Below, in pieces: positions 38,495-48,615 of a DNA stretch of 64,000 nucleotides (positions within the stretch are counted from its first letter, which is position 1; each line of letters starts with the position of its first letter). The DNA comes from Nibricoccus sp. (GTDB taxonomy: Bacteria > Verrucomicrobiota > Verrucomicrobiia > Opitutales > Opitutaceae): positions 2,144,001 through 2,208,000 of the forward strand of contig JASGHG010000001.1 of NCBI GenBank assembly GCA_047602425.1, read 5' to 3'. Below the pieces are notes generated by a model that was not told the DNA's origin, did no database searches, and saw only the letters and a program-made list of their open reading frames with translations. The translations under genes and the position numbers were made by a program.

Positions 38495-39169
38495 CTAAAC
38501 CGCGGCCGGCAGGTTGTTTTTCCTCGGACGAAAGCGTGCCCAAGCCAGTAAACCAAATGCCATCGCCAACGGAATCCACGCACCGACCTCCGGAACCACG
38601 CCGCTGATCGATGAGACCATGACACCGCTCGGTCCGCTGCCGGAGTTGGAGACGGTAATCGTGATCGTGTTCGTGCCGATGACAAAGCCGTTGCTGAGCG
38701 TGACGTTCTGCGTCCGGGACCATTGGCCAGAGCCAGTCGTGCTCACACCGTTGCCGCCGTTCACGGTGATGATGGCGCTGTCGTCCACCGCGAGCGTCAT
38801 GTAAACATTGACCCCGCTGACCGCGCCCGTGCCGGAACCCGCGATATTAAAAGAGAGCGTATATGTGTAGGTGCCAGAGCCGAGTCCCGAACTCCCGTTG
38901 CTGGCATAGCTGATCCATTTCGCGCTCGTGCCGTTGGCCACCCATCCGTTCGAAGTCACGTTATTGTTCGAAACCACGTAGGCAAAATTCCCATCGCTCA
39001 TCTTCCAATGGTCGTCGCGCGTGCCATTGTCGGCGCCATCAAGACCTGTCGTGTATAATCCCGTGATCGAAGTCGCCGTGCCCGCCTGTGCCTGCAGGGC
39101 CATCGCACAAATAAATATCAAGACGCCGGACATAACGCGTGCGATTTTCGTGAACAGGGCAAATTTCAT
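38495..39169 (-). CDS. PEP-CTERM-type sorted surface protein (paralog 1)
   Basis: Signal peptide ending ALQA, Ser/Thr/Gly/Asn-rich domain, C-terminal VVPE + TM + RFRPRK. Confidence 0.88.
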   Translation of the reverse strand: MKFALFTKIARVMSGVLIFICAMALQAQAGTATSITGLYTTGLDGADNGTRDDHWKMSDGNFAYVVSNNNVTSNGWVANGTSAKWISYASNGSSGLGSGTYTYTLSFNIAGSGTGAVSGVNVYMTLAVDDSAIITVNGGNGVSTTGSGQWSRTQNVTLSNGFVIGTNTITITVSNSGSGPSGVMVSSISGVVPEVGAWIPLAMAFGLLAWARFRPRKNNLPAAV

Positions 39170-39593
39170 GGGAGGAACTGGGGCGGATTGTTGAGAAGCC
39201 GATTAAAGTTAATTGCAGTTATTTTACAATAAGAATACGGCCGATTTTTAAGTCATTGTTATCAATGTAATTAGAATGTGGTAAATCTTCTCATTGACCT
39301 CAAAAATCGGGTGTTTAGCCGGAGTTCGGTTATTTAGGGCGAAGTGCCTATTGTCACGCATGTCTTGCGCGGATCGCAGAAAAAATCTTCGTGCAAAAAA
39401 ATCAGCATGCGCCGTCGTGCCACCCACCGACGCTACTCGGTCAGGTAAGCCTGACTAATAAAAGGCCGTTGCCTATGCGCGGCGAAGTTCGCAATTCTTT
39501 ACTTGCCCGCGTCCAACGTTTACGACCCCGTAGTTATTTCGTCCGTTGTCTTAGCCAAGTTCCAACCTCCAAACACCTGTCATCCGTCTCGCG

Positions 39594-40412
39594 ATGAATT
39601 CCATCGTCAATTTATTCCGCTCCTCCATCGGTCGCAAATTCCTGATGGCGATCACCGGCCTGGTCCTCGTCGGTTTTGCCGCCGGCCATCTGGTGGGTAA
39701 CCTCCAGATCTTCGGCCATCCTGATCACATCAATGGCTACGCTCATTTCCTCCAAGGTCTCGGGCCGGCACTTTGGCTGGTGCGCCTGGTGTTGCTTGCC
39801 TGCACCGTCGTCCACATCTGGGCGGCCGTCACGCTGACAATCGAGAGCCGCCTTGCTCGCGGTCCGGAACAATACGGCGTCAAGAAATGGCTTAGCGCCA
39901 CCGTCGCCTCGCGATACATGCGCATGACCGGCGTCGTGGTCGCGGCTTTCATCGTTTATCACATCGCTCATTTCACGGTCGGCGCCGTGCAAAAAGACAC
40001 TTTTAAAACCCAGCTTCCCGAATGGACGCTGACCGAAAACGTCCGCGAACTCGGCGTTCCGCTGGCCGGAAAAGGTGAAGTCGTTCACGACGTTTACAGC
40101 ATGGTTTTCCTCGGTTTCAGCAACCCCTGGGTGTCGCTCTTCTATATCATCGCCGTCGGCCTGCTCACCGTTCACATCCTGCATGGTGCCGACTCGATGT
40201 TCCAGACGTTCGGGCTGCGCAACCACAAGTGGGGCAATTATCTCCGCAGCGTCGTAATGATCTTCTGCCTCGCCTATTTCCTTGGCAACCTCGCGATTCC
40301 CGGAGCCATTCTCGCCGGTCTGAACAAGCCCGCCGAAGGCACCGCTGCCGCCAAGATCATCGCGAGCGGTTCCTGCGGAACCTGCTGCCCTATCACCACC
40401 GCAACCAAATAA
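39594..40412 (+). CDS. sdhC: Succinate dehydrogenase/fumarate reductase cytochrome b subunit
   Basis: SSIGRKFLMAITG..GHLVGNL, ASRYM, conserved His ligands; first gene of the sdh operon. Confidence 0.93.
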   Translation: MNSIVNLFRSSIGRKFLMAITGLVLVGFAAGHLVGNLQIFGHPDHINGYAHFLQGLGPALWLVRLVLLACTVVHIWAAVTLTIESRLARGPEQYGVKKWLSATVASRYMRMTGVVVAAFIVYHIAHFTVGAVQKDTFKTQLPEWTLTENVRELGVPLAGKGEVVHDVYSMVFLGFSNPWVSLFYIIAVGLLTVHILHGADSMFQTFGLRNHKWGNYLRSVVMIFCLAYFLGNLAIPGAILAGLNKPAEGTAAAKIIASGSCGTCCPITTATK

Positions 40413-40424
40413 ATTTTTCCCGCC

Positions 40425-42350
<1,926 letters not shown>

Positions 42351-42380
42351 GCCGAACCAACGTCTATCTTATCACGATCT

Positions 42381-43037
42381 GTGACAAGTTCCGCCAAAGC
42401 CCCGGCCGCGCTCGCCGCGAAAAACTCCTCCATGATTCCCGTGGAGCAGATCGATTCGCGTATCCTGCTCGTTCGCGGCCAAAAGGTACTTTTGGATCGG
42501 GACTTGGCTTTGCTGTACGGCGTCGAAACAAAAGCCGTCAACCAAGCGGTGAAACGTAATCCAGAACGCTTCCCCACCGATTTCATGTTCCAGCTCACCG
42601 AGGCAGAATATGGAGCGCTTTTGAAGTCACAGTTTGTGACCTCAAAAGGCGAATCGAACACTAAATCGCTCGAAGGCAACAACATCCTGAGGTCACAAAT
42701 TGTGACCTCAAAAGGAAGTTCCCGTTCTGGAGGCCGTCGCTACTCCCCGTTTGTTTTCACCGAACAAGGCGTCGCGATGCTTTCGGGTCTGCTGAACAGC
42801 CCGCGCGCCGTTCAGGTCAACATCGAGATCATGCGCGCATTCGTTCGGATGCGTCAAATGCTCACCGAGCACGCCGACCTCGGCCGCAAACTTAAAGCGC
42901 TCGAAAAGAAATACGACGCCCAGTTCAAGGTCGTCTTCGAAGCCATCAACGAACTCATGGAACCCGTCGACGAGGAAGACGCGGCCAAAGAGATCGGCTT
43001 CCACACGCTCCTCAAACCCACACCTTCCAAAAAATAA
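42381..43037 (+). CDS. ORF6N-domain (KilA-N-like, phage antirepressor-type) DNA-binding protein inserted in the sdh operon
   Basis: [62 protein letters not shown]; start is GTG 42381 or ATG 42432. Confidence 0.92.
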   Translation: MTSSAKAPAALAAKNSSMIPVEQIDSRILLVRGQKVLLDRDLALLYGVETKAVNQAVKRNPERFPTDFMFQLTEAEYGALLKSQFVTSKGESNTKSLEGNNILRSQIVTSKGSSRSGGRRYSPFVFTEQGVAMLSGLLNSPRAVQVNIEIMRAFVRMRQMLTEHADLGRKLKALEKKYDAQFKVVFEAINELMEPVDEEDAAKEIGFHTLLKPTPSKK

Positions 43038-43067
43038 CCACGTCCCATCACTCATTCGATTTTCACC

Positions 43068-43883
43068 ATGGTCGCCGAAACCTCCTCCACCCAAAACGTC
43101 TCCGCCCTCACCCTGCGCGTGTGGCGCCAAGCCGGCCCGGACAAACCTGGCAAGTTCGTCAATTACCAGGCCAAGGATCTAAATCCGAACATGTCGCTCC
43201 TCGAGATGCTCGACGTCGTCAACGACGAGCTGACTCTCAAGGGCGAAGAACCCATCGCATTCGCGCACGATTGCCGCGAAGGCATTTGTGGTACCTGTTC
43301 GCTGGTTATTGATGGCAAGCCCCACGGCCCTCACAAAGGCATCGCCAGCTGCCAGACCTATGTCCGCAGCTTCCGCGACGGCGACGTCATCACGATCGAG
43401 CCATACCGGGCCAAGCCTTTCCCGGTCATCAAAGACCTCATCGTCGATCGTTCGGCCTTCGACAAGATCCAGGCTGCCGGCGGCTATGTCAGCATTCGCA
43501 CCGGCGCCGCCTGCGATGCCAATGCTGTTCCCGTTCCGAAGGAAAACGCCGAACTCGCAATGGACGCCGCCGCGTGCATCGGTTGCGGCGCCTGCGTCGC
43601 GGCCTGCAAAAACGCCTCGGCCATGCTGTTCGTCGCCGCGAAAGTTTCTCAGTACAGCCTGCTCCCGCAAGGCCAGCCCGAACGCGACCGCCGCGTTCTC
43701 GCCATGGTCGGCAAGATGGACGAACTCGGTTTCGGCAGCTGCACCAACCAATACGAATGCAGTGCCGCGTGCCCGAAACTGATCAGCCACGACTTCATCG
43801 CCCGGATGAATCGCGACTATCTCGCCGCCACCTTCCGCAGCAGCTTCAAGCCCGCGTCCGCCAACACCGGCGGTGGCGCCTGA
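43068..43883 (+). CDS. sdhB: Succinate dehydrogenase/fumarate reductase iron-sulfur subunit
   Basis: [35 protein letters not shown]. Confidence 0.97.
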   Translation: MVAETSSTQNVSALTLRVWRQAGPDKPGKFVNYQAKDLNPNMSLLEMLDVVNDELTLKGEEPIAFAHDCREGICGTCSLVIDGKPHGPHKGIASCQTYVRSFRDGDVITIEPYRAKPFPVIKDLIVDRSAFDKIQAAGGYVSIRTGAACDANAVPVPKENAELAMDAAACIGCGACVAACKNASAMLFVAAKVSQYSLLPQGQPERDRRVLAMVGKMDELGFGSCTNQYECSAACPKLISHDFIARMNRDYLAATFRSSFKPASANTGGGA

Positions 43884-43908
43884 GCCAACAAGAAGTTTTT
43901 CAAAAACC

Positions 43909-43937
43909 AAAGGCCGCCTTTTTCGGGCGGCCTTTTT
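43909..43937 (+). terminator. Terminator of the sdh operon (likely bidirectional)
   Basis: aaaggccgcc..ggcggccttttt. Confidence 0.85.
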
Positions 43938-43978
43938 CGTTCACGGTTTCCTGCCGCAACAGCGGAAATTTGCGCCGT

Positions 43979-44446
43979 TTATTTCGCCGCCGCGCGCAAT
44001 GAAGCGAGGTCGAGCTGGCCGTTCGTCACAGATTTCAGACGCGATTTGTCGTCTGAAACCTCCATGCGCATGATGCTTTCCAGCCGGTAACTCGCGGCGG
44101 AGGCCGACGAGTTGCGGATGCGTTGAAGCGCCGCGGGATTTTCCACCTTCAATACGCCTTCGCGCGAAAGCGAAGTGAGCTGCGGGATGCCGACCGGCGT
44201 GGGATTCGTAAATGCACCGATGTATTCGTCGTTCAAATACAACTTTCCCGCCGTCGAGGCGACCGCGATGGCAAAAACATTCTCGTTGTTGTAACGCAAG
44301 GTCACTTTGAATTCGGCTTCCTGCGCGGTGGGCGCGCAATCGGTGAGATCGATCAGCACGTTGCCGATACGGTTCGCGGAACTGCAGGCGGCCAGGAACA
44401 AGCAGAAAGAAACAAGGGACAATGCCTTAAGCCAGGGGGTTTTCAT
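43979..44446 (-). CDS. LEA type 2 (WHy-like) lipoprotein
   Basis: Lipobox LAAC; LRYNNENVFAI..LYLND..IG pattern. Confidence 0.72.
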   Translation of the reverse strand: MKTPWLKALSLVSFCLFLAACSSANRIGNVLIDLTDCAPTAQEAEFKVTLRYNNENVFAIAVASTAGKLYLNDEYIGAFTNPTPVGIPQLTSLSREGVLKVENPAALQRIRNSSASAASYRLESIMRMEVSDDKSRLKSVTNGQLDLASLRAAAK

Positions 44447-44607
44447 TTGGTGCCGCAATCAAAGGAGCCGCCCGACGAACCGCAAGACTAGGCACGCGTC
44501 GTTTTGAAGCTTTTCGGAAAGCTTCCCGGACATCGGGCGCCACGCAAATGACTGCCTGCGAGGCTGCGTTTTCGTTTTCGCCTCAGCTGCCGCCAGCTGA
44601 AAGAGAG

Positions 44608-44785
44608 CGTGACGCCCGACGCCGTATGAAGGCTTGGACCTGAGGTGCCTTGATAGAAATGCTTGGCGATGCCACCCTGCATAGCTCTCGGGAGGGAGAA
44701 AACCATGCGGCTGCGCCTTCCCAAACAGCTTCCTTGGCGCCTTGAAAAGCGGCCAAAAAGCGACGGAAAAACAGAGCGTTAAGAG
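44608..44785 (-). ncRNA. ssrS: Candidate 6S RNA
   Basis: About 175-nt rod paired by eye: closing stem, UUGGCC/GGUCCAA helix, central bubble of about 23 and 19 nt, long terminal stem; 3' strand GGCACC..GGUCCAA..ACGGC resembles 6S motifs; ends approximate. Confidence 0.55.
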
Positions 44786-45028
44786 GGGTGAACATCGGCA
44801 GATCTACAAGCAAATGATTTGCATTTAAAATCCCCGCCGGTCAAGCTTCGAATCTCCCCTCGCTAGGGCTAGCAACGATCATGACGATTGTTTATCGTTG
44901 TATATAAATAGATTAAGCTCTCCATTTTGCGCGGAGCCGACCAACTTTTGCCCGGGTTGGACGACATAAAATTCGTGCGACGGCGAATGAATGCAGAACT
45001 GGCTTCCGTGCTGCTCAGCGCCCGCTCA

Positions 45029-45239
45029 GCACAATTCGATGCGAAAGGTGAACTCTTTTCGGGGATTCAGCCCATCAATGGCACGGGAGTGCTGGTCGAC
45101 GCGTGAATTGAGCTGGGCAAGAAGCGGGCGAGCATCCAAATGCGGCGAGCCTGTCACCACAAAATTCCCGCCGTCTTTTTCGTAATGATGCTGAAGCCTC
45201 CCGAAATGCAGGATTCAGCGAAATGTTGATCGCAAGTGC
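45029..45239 (+). ncRNA. Unassigned rod-shaped structured RNA candidate
   Basis: Nested helices tttcggg/cccgaaa, ttcag/ctgaa, catca/tgatg, cgggagt/attcccg, tggt(c)gac/gtcacca; strand tentative. Confidence 0.4.
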
Positions 45240-45284
45240 CGCGTCGGATCGAAGGAGAGTCCAATGCGCGCAGCTTGGAATAAC

Positions 45285-46145
45285 TCAGTCAAAAACCACG
45301 GTCTTGTGGCCGTAAACAAGCACGCGGTTTTCCAAGTGCCAGCGCACGGCTTGGGCGAGTACGAGCCGTTCGAGGTCACGGCCCTTGCGGACTAAATCCT
45401 CGACATCGTGCCGGTGGGTCACACGGGCAACGTCTTGCTGGATGATCGGTCCGTCGTCTAGCACGGCTGTCGCGTAGTGCGCCGTCGCGCCGATCAGTTT
45501 CACACCGCGCACGTGGGCTTGATGGTAGGGCTTGCCGCCGGCGAAGGCCGGGAGAAAGGAATGATGGATATTGATGACCGGCGCGCCGAACTTCGCGAGG
45601 AAATCGCCCGACAGCACCTGCATGTAACGCGCAAGGATGACGAGCTCGATTTTATCTCTGCGAAGTAGTTCGAGTTGACGGGCCTCGGCCTCGACCTTTG
45701 TGGCCGCAGTGACCGGGATGTGGTGAAACGGAAGCCCGTAGCCCCGCGCCGTTTCCTGCAAATCGAGATGGTTGGAAACGATTGCGACAAGATCGCAGGC
45801 GTATTCACCGGATTTCCAGCGCAGAATCAAGTCGTGGAAGCAGTGGTCGAATTTCGAAACGAAAATCGCCACGCGGGGACGATGGGCTGAGGAAGCCACC
45901 TGAACCGCCATGCCCAACTGGGCAGCAAACGCCTTGAACTCGTCCGGGCCCGCCGCCGTGCTGCCGGGGGCCGGAACCCATTCGACACGTTGGAAAAACA
46001 CGCCCGCTTCCATGTCGCGATGTTGATCGGCGTGCAAAATGTTGCCACCGCGTTCGAAAATCCAACCAGCCACGCGGGCAACCAAGCCGGGTTGGTCCGG
46101 CCCGTGAAGCAAGGCGACAAGCGTTCGCGTATCCGATTGCGGCAT
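45285..46145 (-). CDS. purU: Formyltetrahydrofolate deformylase
   Basis: N-terminal ACT (PDQPGLVARV), LARYMQVLS, INIHHSFLPAF.G..PY.QA..RGVKLIGATAHY, LDDGPII. Confidence 0.96.
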   Translation of the reverse strand: MPQSDTRTLVALLHGPDQPGLVARVAGWIFERGGNILHADQHRDMEAGVFFQRVEWVPAPGSTAAGPDEFKAFAAQLGMAVQVASSAHRPRVAIFVSKFDHCFHDLILRWKSGEYACDLVAIVSNHLDLQETARGYGLPFHHIPVTAATKVEAEARQLELLRRDKIELVILARYMQVLSGDFLAKFGAPVINIHHSFLPAFAGGKPYHQAHVRGVKLIGATAHYATAVLDDGPIIQQDVARVTHRHDVEDLVRKGRDLERLVLAQAVRWHLENRVLVYGHKTVVFD

Positions 46146-46256
46146 AAGGTCAAAATCCATGCCTGAGGCCCGAGGCCATCGCAACCTCGAATTCGGACCG
46201 CCCCCAACCGTCTCGTCTGAAAGCCCGCCAATCTAACCAACTAGCCATGCAACGCC

Positions 46257-46283
46257 TTAAGTTTTCCCGGCGCCAACCGATAT
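46257..46283 (+). promoter_or_regulatory. Sigma-28 (FliA)-like promoter of the MCP gene
   Basis: TTAAGTTT-N11-ACCGATAT versus consensus TAAAGTTT-N11-GCCGATAA. Confidence 0.65.
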
Positions 46284-46341
46284 AACGTTCACGTCGTCGC
46301 ACGCCTAACCAACGTCGAGGATAACCGTCGCCACTGACCAC

Positions 46342-47976
46342 ATGACCCCCAAGCGTAACATCCTCCGCAAGCTCAACTTGTTTACGATCGCGGTTCTTTT
46401 GGTCACGCTCGCGCTCGGCACCGCGAGTTTCATTCTCTATTTCAAACGTGTTTTTGCGGTTCAGCTCGTCGGCAACCTTAAAGTCGTCAGCGACAGCTTG
46501 GATACCAACCTTAAAACCCGCGAAAAGGATTTCGCCGCGCGCAAACAGGCCTTGAAAGCGGAACAGCTCGATCGGCTGCGCCACGACCTCGCCATTCTCG
46601 CGCAATCGCTCCTTGGTCCACTTTGGAATCTCGAAAACGAAACCGCCGAATCGATCATTAAAGCCTTTCTCGAGAAAAACGAGATCGCTGCGATCCGGGT
46701 CGACGACGAGTCGGGCGGTCTCTTCGCCGCGATGCAGAAAAAAGACGGTAAGATCGTGCTCGTCAAAAAAACCAACGACTTCGCGCCCCCCGGAACCCCG
46801 ATCAATGGCGACATCACCAAAGGCAACAAGCTCGTCGGCACCATCCATCTTTATTACACCGAGGATTCCCTCAAGGCCGCGCTCACGCTGGTCGACAACG
46901 ACCTGAAACAATTCCGCGACGAAAACTCCGCGATGGTGACATCCATCGATCGAAGCATCAAGGCCACCGTCCAGGCGCAGAGTAACCGGATTCTCGTGAT
47001 CCGCGGACTCGAAGTCGGTGCGATGTTCCTCGTCACGCTTGTCGCGCTCGGCTGGTTTATCCGCACGCAAATCAAGCGTCCGCTCAATGACATGATTATG
47101 TCGATGACAGATGGTTCGCATCAGATCGAGTCCGCCGCTTCCCAAGTGGCCACCGAGGCCGGCCATCTCGCCGAGGGCACCGCTTCGCAAGCCGCGTCCA
47201 TCGAGGAAACTTCGTCCACGCTTGAGGAAATTTCTTCCATGGTCTCGACCAACGCGCAAAACGCGCAGTCGGCCGACCAACTCATGAGCACGACGCGCGC
47301 CTCGGTCGAACAAGCCAATACCGCCATGCACCGCTTGTTCGATTCCATCCAAGCCGCCAATCGCTCAAGCCTCGAAACGTCAAAGATCATCAAAACGATC
47401 GACGAAATCGCCTTTCAAACCAACCTACTCGCCCTCAACGCCGCGGTAGAAGCGGCTCGCGCCGGAGAAGCCGGAGCCGGTTTCGCGGTGGTGGCCGATG
47501 AAGTGCGTTCTCTCGCCCGGCGCGCGGCCGAGGCCGCTCGAAATACTTCGCAACTCATCGAGGATACCAACCACAAGATTGCCGATGGTACTGCGCTCGT
47601 GGAGGAAACCCGCAAGAGTTTCGAGAACGTCAATCAAAGCGTAGGTCAGTCCAGCACGCTCATCACGCAAATTGCCAGCGCCTCCAACGAGCAGGCCCGA
47701 GGCGTCGAGCAACTCAATGCCGCGATCAACAACATCGACAAAGTCGTGCAGGAATCCGTGGCGAGTTCCGAGCAATCCGCTGCCGCCGCCCAGGAAATGA
47801 GCGCACAAGCGACCGAAATGAATCATACGCTGGAAGGACTCAGCGTGCTTGTCGGCGTACAAAGGGACGGCCTTTCCGCCAAAAACGGGGTCCAGGGAAC
47901 GGCCCAAAAGACTGGCGACGAACCAATACATTCCACCAAGAAGCCGGCGCGCCGCAACGCCGTTGTTGCGCAGTGA
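46342..47976 (+). CDS. Methyl-accepting chemotaxis protein
   Basis: Two TMs; QAASIEET; IDEIAFQTNLLALNAAVEAARAGEAGAGFAVVADEVR signalling hairpin. Confidence 0.96.
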   Translation: MTPKRNILRKLNLFTIAVLLVTLALGTASFILYFKRVFAVQLVGNLKVVSDSLDTNLKTREKDFAARKQALKAEQLDRLRHDLAILAQSLLGPLWNLENETAESIIKAFLEKNEIAAIRVDDESGGLFAAMQKKDGKIVLVKKTNDFAPPGTPINGDITKGNKLVGTIHLYYTEDSLKAALTLVDNDLKQFRDENSAMVTSIDRSIKATVQAQSNRILVIRGLEVGAMFLVTLVALGWFIRTQIKRPLNDMIMSMTDGSHQIESAASQVATEAGHLAEGTASQAASIEETSSTLEEISSMVSTNAQNAQSADQLMSTTRASVEQANTAMHRLFDSIQAANRSSLETSKIIKTIDEIAFQTNLLALNAAVEAARAGEAGAGFAVVADEVRSLARRAAEAARNTSQLIEDTNHKIADGTALVEETRKSFENVNQSVGQSSTLITQIASASNEQARGVEQLNAAINNIDKVVQESVASSEQSAAAAQEMSAQATEMNHTLEGLSVLVGVQRDGLSAKNGVQGTAQKTGDEPIHSTKKPARRNAVVAQ

Positions 47977-48031
47977 TTCTCGGCGCTTCCGCGCCGCGCG
48001 AGCTTTTCGCTCCGAAAAGAGCCGAGCGGGC

Positions 48032-48433
48032 TTAGCCCGCTGCTTCCACCGTTTCAGCCCCAGCTTCGATAGCAGCGTCGACTTGCGTCTCTGTCACCGT
48101 AGTTGCTGCTGCTGGAGGCGGTTTGCCGGCCATCCAGGCGCCAGCGATCTCGTCGGCGGCGGTTAACCAATCGAATTTTTCCCGGGGATAAATCGCATGC
48201 GAGCCCGAGGCAGTGCTTTCAGCCCAGGCGAAAGTTGCGCGCACACAAATTTGACCGTCGGCCAAAGTGAAATTTTGCAGCATGATCGAGCCTGAGCCGT
48301 CGGAAAAGTTCATCCGCGCCATCGCCTTGTGGAAACTGACCGAACGCGCCGGGGGCTTCGCAACCGCCGTCGAACCTTGGTTAACCAAGGCGGTTTCAAT
48401 GAGACTGAGGAGAGTGAGAAGACGGGGCGCCAT
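48032..48433 (-). CDS. Hypothetical protein
   Basis: Coding-like ATG ORF filling the gap; no recognisable motif. Confidence 0.7.
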   Translation of the reverse strand: MAPRLLTLLSLIETALVNQGSTAVAKPPARSVSFHKAMARMNFSDGSGSIMLQNFTLADGQICVRATFAWAESTASGSHAIYPREKFDWLTAADEIAGAWMAGKPPPAAATTVTETQVDAAIEAGAETVEAAG

Positions 48434-48615
48434 GACGGTGCAAAAACGTTTGAGAGCGGACTATTTCAACCCCTTTCATCGTCCCCAAGATTGTAAACTT
48501 TAGCCTTCAAGTTTCTGCGGCACCGGTCGATGACCGCTGGCTCCGGTTTTGATTTTGCCCAAAATCAGCCATTAGGCATAGTTCCACGTTTCCCTTCCAG
48601 ACTCAGCAGCTCCCA

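Noticed and set aside
44630..44645. UCAGGUCC on the minus strand as SRP RNA helix 8
   Set aside because: The required GNRA loop and GGAAGCAG partner do not follow.
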